NCBI RefSeq assembly: GCF_000237865.1
Contig: NC_017459.1
Span: 540,001 to 572,000 of the forward strand
From: Haloquadratum walsbyi C23
GTDB lineage: Archaea; Halobacteriota; Halobacteria; Halobacteriales; Haloferacaceae
DNA: 32,000 nt
Direction: 5' to 3'
The position numbers and the translations under genes are program-made. The notes beneath the pieces were generated by a model that worked only from the letters and a program-made list of their open reading frames with translations, was not told where the DNA came from and ran no database searches. Of the stretch, positions 1-8,858 are shown piece by piece. Each line of letters opens with the position of its first letter. Position 1 is the first letter of the stretch.

Positions 1-540
1 CCGAATCGAGGACAATGTAAATATCACTCGGGAGAACCCAATATAGATTTTTTAGTCTTCAGAGGACCATCTGATGATGTCATATGAGTTCTGTGTCTGG
101 AGCGGTCCCCGGTACTTGCTCATGAGTTGGTGACGCCCTTTGTTGAACTCAAACTGCCTGGATGCCGATGACCGAACAGTCCTGTAGTGAGTCGAGAGTC
201 GGAACACCATCCGATCCTGACAAAGAATACACTCGAAGAATCTAAAGAATACAGCGAGAGTTCCACGGGTTATTTATCCCATGTTAGTTTAAGAACTTTT
301 TTTGAATGCCCCACGCTTGGTGGCGTGGAGAAATCGCGCTGCTTTCCGTTTAGAGATGATAGGCTGCGGGCAGATTATCGACAACTACTCGGCGGAAACC
401 ACAAAAAAATCTTATTTGAGTCGGCTCTCAGTGCTGATATAGCTTCGACGAACTGCGGGCACCCCTTCCGGCGAACAGTATCAAATCACAGGAATGACTC
501 ATATAATCGCTTGTCTTAATCAGATAACTAAATAAATAGG

Positions 541-552
541 CATATATATACC
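541..552 (+). promoter_or_regulatory. TATA-box-like element upstream of the TAXI receptor gene (leaderless-type geometry)
   Basis: The run 'catatatatacc' lies about 24-32 nt upstream of the ATG at 574. No Shine-Dalgarno-like purine block lies between them, which fits the haloarchaeal leaderless promoter layout. Confidence 0.4.
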
Positions 553-573
553 TACATACAAAAATACAGTACA

Positions 574-1581
574 ATGACGTCAGATCAGACTCGACGACGC
601 TTTATATCGGTAGTTGGTGCAGCAGGTATTACAGGTCTCGCTGGTTGTAGCGGGGGCGGCGATGCCGGTGATGAGGGATCCGAGACAGAAGCCGCTGAAT
701 CAACGGAGGCAGACAGCGGGAATGAAAACACACGTCTGAGCTGGCACGCCGGTGGAACCGGTGGAACATATTTCCCTCTCTCAAATGAATTCAAGACGGT
801 TGTTGAGGATAACACCGACTTTTCTTTGAATGTCCAATCAACCGGTGCAAGCGTTGAAAATGTTGGTAGTCTCACCGATGGATCCGCAGACTTTGCACTT
901 ATTCAGAATGATATTGCATTCTTTGCGAAGAATGGAACAGGTATCGATGCATTTGATGGAAACCCTATCGAGAATCTCCGTGGCGTTGCTACACTTTATC
1001 CAGAGACAATTACAGTCGTCACACTCGCTGATAGTAACATTAGCACACTCTCAGATTTAAGTGGGAAAACAATTAATACAGGTGACCTTGGGTCAGGCAC
1101 CCAGGTTAATGCGAATCAAATTCTTGAAGCAGTCGGTATCACAGAGTTCACCGAACAAAATGCTGGCTTTTCACAAGCATCAGAGCAGTTAGCGAACGGC
1201 GATATTGACGCCGCTTTTGTTGTCGGTGGGTGGCCAGTTGGTGCAATTGAGGATCTCGCAACAACAAATGATGTTCAAATCGTCCCGATTCAGGGTGAAA
1301 ACCGTCAGACCGTTAAAGGTGCGGCCTCGTGGTTTGCCGATGATACCATTCCTGCAGGAACATATAATGGCGTTGACGAGGCGACTGAAACGATAGCTGT
1401 TCAGGCAATGATTGCAACGCGCGCTGGGCTTGATGCTGGCACCGTTGAGACTGTTACAGCGGCACTGTTTGAGAACGTCGATGCGCTCACGATTAAAACT
1501 GAGTTTATCTCGACTGGCAGCGCACAGGATGGAATGTCGATTGAACTACATGAAGGGGCAACAGCATTCTTCGAAAACTAA
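574..1581 (+). CDS. TRAP transporter solute-binding receptor, TAXI family, with a twin-arginine/lipobox signal
   Basis: 335 aa. The N-terminus 'TRRRFISVVGAAGITGLAGCSGG' is a Tat motif followed by a lipobox Cys. 'GGTGGTYFPLSNEF' and 'ADFALIQNDIAFFA' are typical TAXI/Imp-like receptor motifs. A DUF1850 gene and a fused TRAP permease follow. Confidence 0.9.
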   Translation: MTSDQTRRRFISVVGAAGITGLAGCSGGGDAGDEGSETEAAESTEADSGNENTRLSWHAGGTGGTYFPLSNEFKTVVEDNTDFSLNVQSTGASVENVGSLTDGSADFALIQNDIAFFAKNGTGIDAFDGNPIENLRGVATLYPETITVVTLADSNISTLSDLSGKTINTGDLGSGTQVNANQILEAVGITEFTEQNAGFSQASEQLANGDIDAAFVVGGWPVGAIEDLATTNDVQIVPIQGENRQTVKGAASWFADDTIPAGTYNGVDEATETIAVQAMIATRAGLDAGTVETVTAALFENVDALTIKTEFISTGSAQDGMSIELHEGATAFFEN

Positions 1582-1646
1582 CACTATCATCTCTCAGATA
1601 AATAATCTCATTGGTTCATTACCAATCTAATTAATCAGTTAGATAG

Positions 1647-1655
1647 TTTTATTTT
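1647..1655 (+). terminator. Possible oligo-T termination/attenuation signal after the receptor gene
   Basis: 'ttttatttt' lies 66 nt after the stop codon. It is preceded by a 6-bp inverted repeat, attggt/accaat, at about 1609-1625. Archaeal RNAP terminates at T-tracts. Confidence 0.3.
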
Positions 1656-1876
1656 GACCACTAATAATATACTTTAATTGATAGACATATCTTGATGATA
1701 CGAGCGCACAATCAGGCTATGAGTGATAGTATGGAATTATCTTGGGTCACACCTCAATAATTTGTTATGTTACAACATCACTTCTGGAGGCATTTGTCTT
1801 ATACATGCGTAGAGATCATTAAATCTAAAAACAAGTCAACACCAGCGACAAGCCGATAAAATAAGACAAATCACGA

Positions 1877-2371
1877 ATGCAGCATACGACAAACATACGA
1901 TTTATTACTGGATTACTCGTCATTGTTCTTCTTGCTTCCACAATAGGAACATCAATAGCACCAGGATTTGTTTTGATCATTGAAGATATTGATACAGACG
2001 AGACATACATTCGTCACCCAGTTGACAATGGAACAACATTTGCTGTTGAATATACTCACAGTGTTGAGAAAACACGCGTCTATGACGAATATCAAGTCTC
2101 TGGTCAACAATTTGTCAATACGCGAATGGAATTCGAATCATATGGCTGGGGACTTCCAGCTACCGCTAATGTGACAAATCGCAATGGAACGTTTGTATAT
2201 AACCCTTCAGGTCCAATCACAACAATGTCTGAACTTCTTTTATCACCTGGTCGGATCGCGAATCACACACTCATCGTTAACAATGAACGTTATAATCTTG
2301 TCACCCAGACAAACGCGAATGACGTCCGAATTCATATCGAACGCCAATCCCCGATGGAACGAGTTGTATGA
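1877..2371 (+). CDS. DUF1850 domain protein (TAXI-TRAP associated)
   Basis: 164 aa with one N-terminal TM helix (FITGLLVIVLLASTIG) and a 'YTHSVEKT' motif. It sits in the canonical position between TAXI receptor and fused permease. Its stop overlaps the permease start (ATGA at 2368-2371). Confidence 0.75.
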   Translation: MQHTTNIRFITGLLVIVLLASTIGTSIAPGFVLIIEDIDTDETYIRHPVDNGTTFAVEYTHSVEKTRVYDEYQVSGQQFVNTRMEFESYGWGLPATANVTNRNGTFVYNPSGPITTMSELLLSPGRIANHTLIVNNERYNLVTQTNANDVRIHIERQSPMERVV

Positions 2372-5076
2372 GCGCTGACACACCTTCTGATAATCCTCGC
2401 TCTTCGACAGAGACGGACAATGATAATGTAATACAGTCTGCTTCAGATACCGAGGATACAACGGAACTCATTGACGAAATTGAGCGACGACGTTCACTCA
2501 CTGGTATTGCAGCTGTTATTACAGCGGCAATTGGTGTGCTTTTCTCAATCTTTCAATTATTACTAGCCGCACAGAGTTTCACGATAACACTCTGGGCACC
2601 GATTGTGGGAACAGTCAATATTTCATTACAGCTACTACAGGCAAATGCTATTCATGTGACATTCGCGCTTGTACTTACTTTTCTGTTGTTTCCAGCAACG
2701 ATGGGAGAAGGTTTCATCTCACAAACATTCAGTCGCGCACACGCCACTATTGTTGAGACGCTGGGTGAGTCAAATCCACTCTCGAAGGTAATTACTCATC
2801 TTGCGACTGTTCTCCGGTGGGCATCTCTCGACCCAAATCGCCGTCGCATCACCCCATTCGATGTCATCAGCATTATTGCGGCTATTCTCACAACGACGTA
2901 TTTCATCACCGACTTTGAGGAAATACAGCGAATGCGTGTGTTTGGTCTTGAGTCAGGGCGTCCAGTTGTTGAAATCTATCCCATACTCGACCCAGTACTC
3001 GGTGGACTTCCGATTATCGGTGACATCTCGTATGCATTATTATTAGGTGTTATAGGTATTCTCCTTGTTCTTGAGGCGACACGGCGAACCCTTGGACTCC
3101 CATTAATGTTGATCGTTGCGACATTCATTATTTATGCTCGGTGGGGATATCTCATCAGCACAACGACACCGTTGTTAGGATTACTTGCCATCCCTGAGTT
3201 GACGTGGCCAGACATTATCCAAAACCTCTGGTATAATACTGAAAATGGTGTATTTGGGATTCCGGTCACCGTCTCGGTCAGTTTTATCTATATTTTCATT
3301 TTGTTCGGTGCATTCTTAGAGATGAGTGGCGCTGGTCAGTGGTTTATTGATCTTGCATATGCGCTCACCGGTCGTCGAAAAGGTGGTCCAGCAAAAGCGA
3401 GCATTCTTGCTAGTGGATTCATGGGAACGATTTCAGGATCTTCAATTGCCAACACGGTCACAACGGGTGCATTTACAATTCCATTGATGAAACAGTCGGG
3501 ATACTCTGCTGAGTTTTCTGGTGCTGTTGAGTCATCATCATCATCAGGCGGACAAATCCTCCCACCAGTGATGGGTGCTGCTGCGTTTTTGATGGTACAA
3601 TATACTGCCACCCCATTTGCAGATATTATTATCCTTGCGACAATCCCTGCGGTTGTGTTTTTCTTTGGGGTGTGGGTGATGGTCCATCTCAAGGCTGTTG
3701 AAGAGGGAATTGGTGGTGTTGATGCAGCAGAACTCATTTCACTCCGCGAGCATCTGCTTGATGGATGGTATTATATCATCCCGATTGCGTTGTTGTTATT
3801 CTATTTGATCATTGAACGACTCTCAGTTTCTCGTTCAGCATGGTTTACCCTTGTCTCACTTGTCGCGCTTATCACACTCGTCGGTGCATATAATAAAGAT
3901 ACTCGTGGCGTGCTCACGCTGTCACTCGCGACTATCATCGGCGTAGAATTACTCTCACACAGTTTTGCCGGCGTTAGCGTCGTTGAGTTTATCTCTGGTA
4001 CACGTGCAAATGCTATGCCAGCAAGCGTCGCAATAGATGCTGTCCTGCCCCGGATTGGTTGGTATATAATAGCAGCAAGTATACTCACACTTCTGTATAA
4101 ACCAAAGGCAGTATCTGCACATCTCGAATTGAATCCATCCGTTTTGAATACTGTTGAGGATGTCTCATCACGAACAAACGCCAATATTGGTGATTATCAA
4201 CTATTCCGACTAGGCGCGTTCATATTTGAATCAATGGAGAATGGTGCCCGGACTGCTGTCCCCGTTGTTATTGCTGTTGCCGCAGCGGGAATCATTCCAG
4301 GTGTCATCAGCGTGTCTGGATTGGGACCTAATCTTACATCATTACTTCTTGTGCTTTCTGGTGGCTCCGTGGTCATTATGTTAGTTGTGACTGCCTTTGC
4401 AAGCATCCTTCTTGGCATGGGGATGCCGACAACAGTTACATACATTATCCTTATCTCGATGCTAGCGAGTCCACTTGTTGAGTTTGGAATTCCACTGCTG
4501 GCAGCACACCTATTCATTCTATACTTCGGGGTAATCGCTGATATCACGCCCCCAGTTGCTGTTGCTGCTTATGCTGCTAGTGGAGTTGCAAAATCAGACC
4601 CATTCGAGACGGGTCTAAAAGCATTCTCACTCTCATTGAACAAAGCAATTGTTCCCTTCGCGTTCGTGCTGGCGCCTGGTATCGTCCTATTACGTAAAAA
4701 ATCAAACGCTGCAGAACTCCCTCTCCGTGAGCGATACCGCGTGATTGAGTTTGCAGATCTTCTCGATTTATCATATGCTATTCCAGAGATTGCAATCCCG
4801 ATTATCGGTGTATTTATTGGTGTCGTCGCTTTGGGCGTCACTGTCATTGGGACATTATACACAGAGGTATCAACGATTGAGCGAATAGGCTTCGCAACGA
4901 GTTCACTGATTTTGATGTCTCCACAACTCCTCTGGACGCTTATCATCGATATTCTGACCCTCCTTGGGACAAGCCTCATGATGACTGGGTCAGTAATTGA
5001 ACTTATTCTCCGCGGGATTGGACTTGCTCTATTCGTTATCTTGGCTACGCGAAATCGGAAGGATGCAGCAATATAG
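2368..5076 (+). CDS. TRAP transporter fused permease (DctQ/DctM-like small and large domains fused), TAXI-associated type
   Basis: 902 aa and polytopic, with more than 15 hydrophobic segments. 'ASGFMGTISGSSIANTVTTGAFTIPLMK' and 'GGQILPPVMGAAAF' are DctM-type motifs. It is translationally coupled to the DUF1850 gene. Confidence 0.9.
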   Translation: MSADTPSDNPRSSTETDNDNVIQSASDTEDTTELIDEIERRRSLTGIAAVITAAIGVLFSIFQLLLAAQSFTITLWAPIVGTVNISLQLLQANAIHVTFALVLTFLLFPATMGEGFISQTFSRAHATIVETLGESNPLSKVITHLATVLRWASLDPNRRRITPFDVISIIAAILTTTYFITDFEEIQRMRVFGLESGRPVVEIYPILDPVLGGLPIIGDISYALLLGVIGILLVLEATRRTLGLPLMLIVATFIIYARWGYLISTTTPLLGLLAIPELTWPDIIQNLWYNTENGVFGIPVTVSVSFIYIFILFGAFLEMSGAGQWFIDLAYALTGRRKGGPAKASILASGFMGTISGSSIANTVTTGAFTIPLMKQSGYSAEFSGAVESSSSSGGQILPPVMGAAAFLMVQYTATPFADIIILATIPAVVFFFGVWVMVHLKAVEEGIGGVDAAELISLREHLLDGWYYIIPIALLLFYLIIERLSVSRSAWFTLVSLVALITLVGAYNKDTRGVLTLSLATIIGVELLSHSFAGVSVVEFISGTRANAMPASVAIDAVLPRIGWYIIAASILTLLYKPKAVSAHLELNPSVLNTVEDVSSRTNANIGDYQLFRLGAFIFESMENGARTAVPVVIAVAAAGIIPGVISVSGLGPNLTSLLLVLSGGSVVIMLVVTAFASILLGMGMPTTVTYIILISMLASPLVEFGIPLLAAHLFILYFGVIADITPPVAVAAYAASGVAKSDPFETGLKAFSLSLNKAIVPFAFVLAPGIVLLRKKSNAAELPLRERYRVIEFADLLDLSYAIPEIAIPIIGVFIGVVALGVTVIGTLYTEVSTIERIGFATSSLILMSPQLLWTLIIDILTLLGTSLMMTGSVIELILRGIGLALFVILATRNRKDAAI

Positions 5077-5104
5077 CTGATAAATTAGCTATACTCAATG
5101 AATA

Positions 5105-5177
5105 TGATACTGTCTCAAGAGTAAACAGAGATTGACAGTCACTGACAGTATAATATAATTTCTCCTTGTGATACTGT
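5105..5177. promoter_or_regulatory. Cluster of ACTGTC/GACAGT repeats (candidate operator) upstream of the photolyase-family gene
   Basis: TGATACTGT occurs directly at 5105-5113 and 5169-5177. ATACTGTC (5107-5114) has a perfect inverted partner, GACAGTAT, at 5144-5151. TGACAGT is duplicated at 5133-5139 and 5143-5149. A TATA-like 'tataatataat' overlaps at about 5150-5160. Confidence 0.3.
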
Positions 5178-5225
5178 TTTCCCGACGGATTCATATCGGT
5201 TACTCGCTTTCATTCATATGTATTG

Positions 5226-7385
5226 ATGAGCGACGACGCCGGAGTTGATAGCGATATCACATCGGTTCCAGTATTATCAGACATCCCTACTCCCACCGAG
5301 GCAACCACCACCGACACCGATGTTGACCCTGCGACAGCACCATCTGATGTGAATGGCTGCGTCGTCTGGCATCGTAAACACCTTCGAACCGCTGACCATC
5401 GAGCCCTCGCGAATGCTGTTGCCGATGCAGATATTATCTGTCCGCTGTTTGTATTTGACCCAACGTTCTATGATAATGATGGATTAGCATGTGATGCCCG
5501 TATCAGATTTTTGCATGAAGCCGTTGATAGCCTCAATCAACTATATGAAAATTCACCGACACAGTCAATCACACATCAAGCATCTGCGTCACACGATTAT
5601 CTTGCCGAAGAGACACCTGTTGAACCGCAGCAAATCCAGTCTATCACTGGGGAATATCAAATAAGCGCAGATTCAGATTCGGGTTCAGATTCGACTTCGA
5701 ATACACCGCTGAAAACAAATAACAGCGAGAGCGACACAATACAATCATCACCAAGAGCATCTGAATATTCATCAGGACTGACAGTTGGTTACGGTGATCC
5801 AGTAGATATTCTCTCACACTTTGTCGATCGTGGATGGTCGATATTGACGATGGAAACGCCGACAAGTCGGTATGGCAAACGTCGTGATACCCGTGCTCAA
5901 TCAGTTTGTGGTGATGCTCTGAGATTTATCTCTGGTGATGGGCTCATACGTGACGCAGAATGGTCACGGGCAAATTGGAAGAACCATATCACTGAGTGGC
6001 TATCGGCTGAACAGCATACGCCTGAGTGGAGTGGGAATACAACACAACTCACAATCCCAACAGGTATTACGCCATCAGTCGTCGAAAAGACACATAAAAT
6101 TAATCCAGCAAAAAAGATGGTTCCGACCGGCACACATCGTGCCGCAACGACGCAACTGCGAGCATTTGTCGATCAGATTGGATCGTATCCAAGCAATATT
6201 TCTGCACCGCAAGATGCCCGAACAGGAACAAGTGGGCTTTCGCCGTATTTTAATTTTGGACTACTCTCAATCCGCCAGGTGCATCAATATGTGAATAATA
6301 ATACGCCTGAGTGTCGTGGTCGACGAATGTTTACGAGCCGGTTGATTTGGAACTGTCACTATAATCAGAAACTTGCCGATTGGGCAGGATGGACCGACCG
6401 TGCCGTCAATCCTGCATTTGAGGAATTCAATGCAGACCGTCATAACCCAGCGCTGGTTGATGCATGGAAACACGGACAAACCGGGTTTCCGATGGTTGAT
6501 GCTTCCATGCGATGTCTCCGCGAAACTGGCTGGTTGAACTTCAGAATGCGTGCAATGTGTGTATCCATTTTCACACACATTCTCCAACAACCATGGTGGA
6601 TTGGTGCCGACTGGTTTCATCATCATCTCATTGACAGTGATGTCGGCATCAACTACACACAGTGGCAGAGTCAGGCTGGTTTGATTGGTAAACCATCTCA
6701 GCGGGTGTATAATCCGCGAAAACAAGTCCGTGATCATGACTCTGATGGAGAGTGGATCACCAAATGGGTCCCTGAATTATCTGACCTCCCTGCACAGCAT
6801 TTTCCTCGACCTGAGCGAACACCACTTGCAGTTCAATCTGAATGTAATGTAATTATTGGCGATGACTATCCACGACCGGTCGTTGACTTTGATGCCCGTC
6901 GTGAAACATTCTGGTCGCGGTATGAGCGACGACGTCCTGAAGCAGCACGTGAACTCGCCCGTCCAGAAATTGCGAAACGAGCTTCCTTTTCTGGCGGTTA
7001 TGACGCTGCACAAGCAATTGCACAACGTTATGCCGTGGACGAGTCTGATAATGAAGCTGATAATATACAGCTATCATTTTCTGAGATTACGACTATTGAT
7101 ACAAACAGCGATTCCACGGGTGAAAATACCCCTGCGATCAATGAGCTAAATGATACAGCTCACACCGTTCCTGACTCATCGATGACGCTTCAAAAGTCAG
7201 TTATCTCAATTCCAACAGGCACTGGTGACTATGCTGGTGAGCCTTCTCCAGACGATCGTGAGGCTGTTTCAAACGCAGTAGATCTCTCAACGACAGACAA
7301 GACTGGTGACTCAAGTAATGATAATATAAACACGGATAGATCAACTGAAACGGATGAACAAACAACGATTGAAGGATTTATGTGA
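5226..7385 (+). CDS. phr: Deoxyribodipyrimidine photolyase / cryptochrome family protein with internal low-complexity insertion and acidic C-terminal extension
   Basis: The N-terminal alpha/beta domain shows 'VVWHRKHLRTADHRAL...PLFVFDP'. The FAD domain shows 'TGTSGLSPYFNFGLLS', 'WKHGQTGFPMVDASMRCLRETGWLNFRMRAM' and 'HLIDSDVGINYTQWQ'. The ORF track starts at TTG 5223; ATG 5226 is the more likely start. Confidence 0.85.
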   Translation: MSDDAGVDSDITSVPVLSDIPTPTEATTTDTDVDPATAPSDVNGCVVWHRKHLRTADHRALANAVADADIICPLFVFDPTFYDNDGLACDARIRFLHEAVDSLNQLYENSPTQSITHQASASHDYLAEETPVEPQQIQSITGEYQISADSDSGSDSTSNTPLKTNNSESDTIQSSPRASEYSSGLTVGYGDPVDILSHFVDRGWSILTMETPTSRYGKRRDTRAQSVCGDALRFISGDGLIRDAEWSRANWKNHITEWLSAEQHTPEWSGNTTQLTIPTGITPSVVEKTHKINPAKKMVPTGTHRAATTQLRAFVDQIGSYPSNISAPQDARTGTSGLSPYFNFGLLSIRQVHQYVNNNTPECRGRRMFTSRLIWNCHYNQKLADWAGWTDRAVNPAFEEFNADRHNPALVDAWKHGQTGFPMVDASMRCLRETGWLNFRMRAMCVSIFTHILQQPWWIGADWFHHHLIDSDVGINYTQWQSQAGLIGKPSQRVYNPRKQVRDHDSDGEWITKWVPELSDLPAQHFPRPERTPLAVQSECNVIIGDDYPRPVVDFDARRETFWSRYERRRPEAARELARPEIAKRASFSGGYDAAQAIAQRYAVDESDNEADNIQLSFSEITTIDTNSDSTGENTPAINELNDTAHTVPDSSMTLQKSVISIPTGTGDYAGEPSPDDREAVSNAVDLSTTDKTGDSSNDNINTDRSTETDEQTTIEGFM

Positions 7386-7482
7386 TGGTTAATTGGATTT
7401 TCAGCGATAACACTCATTGCTAACATCATATACCAGTGCTGTATGAAACCCAGTGGTAACATGAACAACACAATAATCTGAG

Positions 7483-7492
7483 CTTTTATATC
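7483..7492 (+). promoter_or_regulatory. TATA-box-like element for the small zinc-ribbon ORF
   Basis: 'cttttatatc' is centred about 30 nt upstream of the ATG at 7518. Confidence 0.35.
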
Positions 7493-7517
7493 GTCAGCAA
7501 TCTATATTATATCTAAT

Positions 7518-7673
7518 ATGCTTGGGCTCCGATTTTTCGCCTGTAATGTCTGTGAGACTGTGATGGCTGCTCCAGTGGAACCATCTCAATGTCATGATTG
7601 TCATGATGAAGATATTGCTGAAATCTCTGAGATGCTCCAATCAGATGCCTATTTCACGAGAGCACAGAATTAA
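7518..7673 (+). CDS. Small zinc-ribbon protein with two CxxC pairs, 51 aa (absent from the ORF track because it is under 60 aa)
   Basis: My own translation is MLGLRFFACNVCETVMAAPVEPSQCHDCHDEDIAEISEMLQSDAYFTRAQN*. It has CxxC-12 residues-CxxC, net acidic composition, an ATG start, a TAATAA stop, a TATA-like box at about -30, and no competing gene on either strand. Confidence 0.55.
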   Translation: MLGLRFFACNVCETVMAAPVEPSQCHDCHDEDIAEISEMLQSDAYFTRAQN

Positions 7674-7856
7674 TAAAATTCTAACACTATTCTCTGCATC
7701 ATCAAGTTCAAACTCACAATCCAATAAATGATATGTTCGTTTCATGTACAGATTCTCAAGGCGACTGCCTCGGGACCCCAAGGTAGATTCACAACTCACC
7801 ATGACAACTCATCTTCATTATACTACACCTTTTCATTAATCTACCGTGATCAATAA

Positions 7857-8261
7857 TTGACATCAGTGGACAGTAAATACCGAGATGGAATCCTTGCGGT
7901 GATAGCCAGTGGGGCTCTTATTGGGGCTGCACTAATACTCAAGACCGAATCAGGCGTGAATACTGAATTGACTGCGACTATTTTCACCATATGGCCGGCT
8001 ATGATAGGTATATTTGGGATGATTGCGATTGAATTGATATGCTTATACAATCCAAATCGAACACAAGCAATCTGGAGTCGTCGCTCCATCCAATTCAGTA
8101 GTGTTATACTTGTTATTATCGCAGGCGGGTTCGCACTTGTGAGTGACATTCAGTGGATATTCACAGCACTAGTCTGGGGGCTTACTGCATATTTGATATT
8201 ACTAATTATTGTCATTGTTCTGGGCACGAATCCGCTTTTAGGATTAGTCTCCTCTCGGTGA
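7857..8261 (+). CDS. Small integral membrane protein (about 4 TM), function unknown
   Basis: 134 aa with four clear hydrophobic helices. The start is uncertain: TTG 7857 per the track or GTG 7866, and the first in-frame ATG lies well inside TM2. The antisense ORF 7850-8149 is less protein-like. Confidence 0.55.
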   Translation: MTSVDSKYRDGILAVIASGALIGAALILKTESGVNTELTATIFTIWPAMIGIFGMIAIELICLYNPNRTQAIWSRRSIQFSSVILVIIAGGFALVSDIQWIFTALVWGLTAYLILLIIVIVLGTNPLLGLVSSR

Positions 8262-8424
8262 AAGACATAGATCGGTCTCAATGAAAATACAGATCAACGG
8301 ACGTCCCGGCTGGACGCGACTTCGTCGTTTATCAAATGCAATTACTGAAGACTCATCAGCAACTTAATCGTTCATACCGCATGCAGTCACAGGCTGCTGA
8401 GGTACTGATCTCACGCTACTTCGA

Positions 8425-8856
8425 CTAGGTGTGGCTATTCACAGCTGGCGTAGCTGTGACACTCACTGTTCGTGTTCGGGGACCGTCGCACTCAATCAGA
8501 AGGACTGATTGCCATGTGCCCGTTGTGAGTTCACCGTCTTCGATCGGAATTGTTGCGCTCGCTCCAATGAGCATCGCACGGATATGCGAATCAGCGTTTC
8601 CATCAATTTCATTATGCCGCCAACCAGTATCATCAATGAGTTCATTAAGTGCTGTCTCAAAGTCACTTTGTAGTCGTTTCTCGGCTTCATTCACGGTTAT
8701 AGCAGCGGTTGTATGTTCAACAAACACTGTTATGATGCCCGTCAGGTCATCTGGTACAGCGGCATGGACTTGCGCCGTGATATCTGTGACCGACAGTTGA
8801 TCTTTTGTTGATATCTCAAACCGTGTTTGTGCCTGTGAGCGCTGCATCGTCATCAC
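8425..8856 (-). CDS. YjbQ/UPF0047 family protein (secondary thiamine-phosphate synthase-type)
   Basis: 143 aa. 'ITVFVEHTTAAITVNE', 'GNADSHIRAMLIGASATIPIEDGEL..GTWQSVLLIECDGPRTR' match the UPF0047 signature. Confidence 0.9.
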   Translation of the reverse strand: MMTMQRSQAQTRFEISTKDQLSVTDITAQVHAAVPDDLTGIITVFVEHTTAAITVNEAEKRLQSDFETALNELIDDTGWRHNEIDGNADSHIRAMLIGASATIPIEDGELTTGTWQSVLLIECDGPRTRTVSVTATPAVNSHT

Positions 8857-8858
8857 TC

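Noticed and set aside
187-519. 110-aa plus-strand ORF (GTG start) in the first 570 nt. Opposite it is a minus-strand reading of about 56 aa ('...QFEFNKGRHQLMSKYRGPLQTQNSYDIIRWSSED') that made me think of a decayed transposase or gene fragment.
   Set aside because: Both are basic or neutral, unlike every credible protein here, and have no recognisable motifs. I cannot match either to an IS family from memory. The region is best treated as non-coding or degraded. A tBLASTx search would be needed to claim a pseudogene.
3336-4979. Series of 116-136-aa minus-strand ORFs (3336-3737, 3801-4184, 4197-4547, 4569-4979) antisense to the TRAP permease.
   Set aside because: They are mirror-frame artefacts of a long hydrophobic gene. 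They are Ser/Arg/Thr/Ala-rich with no motifs, and the plus-strand frame has unmistakable DctM-type motifs.
7229-7471. 80-aa minus-strand ORF with a hydrophobic N-terminus that overlaps the 3' end of the photolyase-family gene.
   Set aside because: About 155 nt overlap the plus-strand coding tail, and only the first ~28 residues lie in the spacer. There is no supporting motif. It is possible but unsupported.
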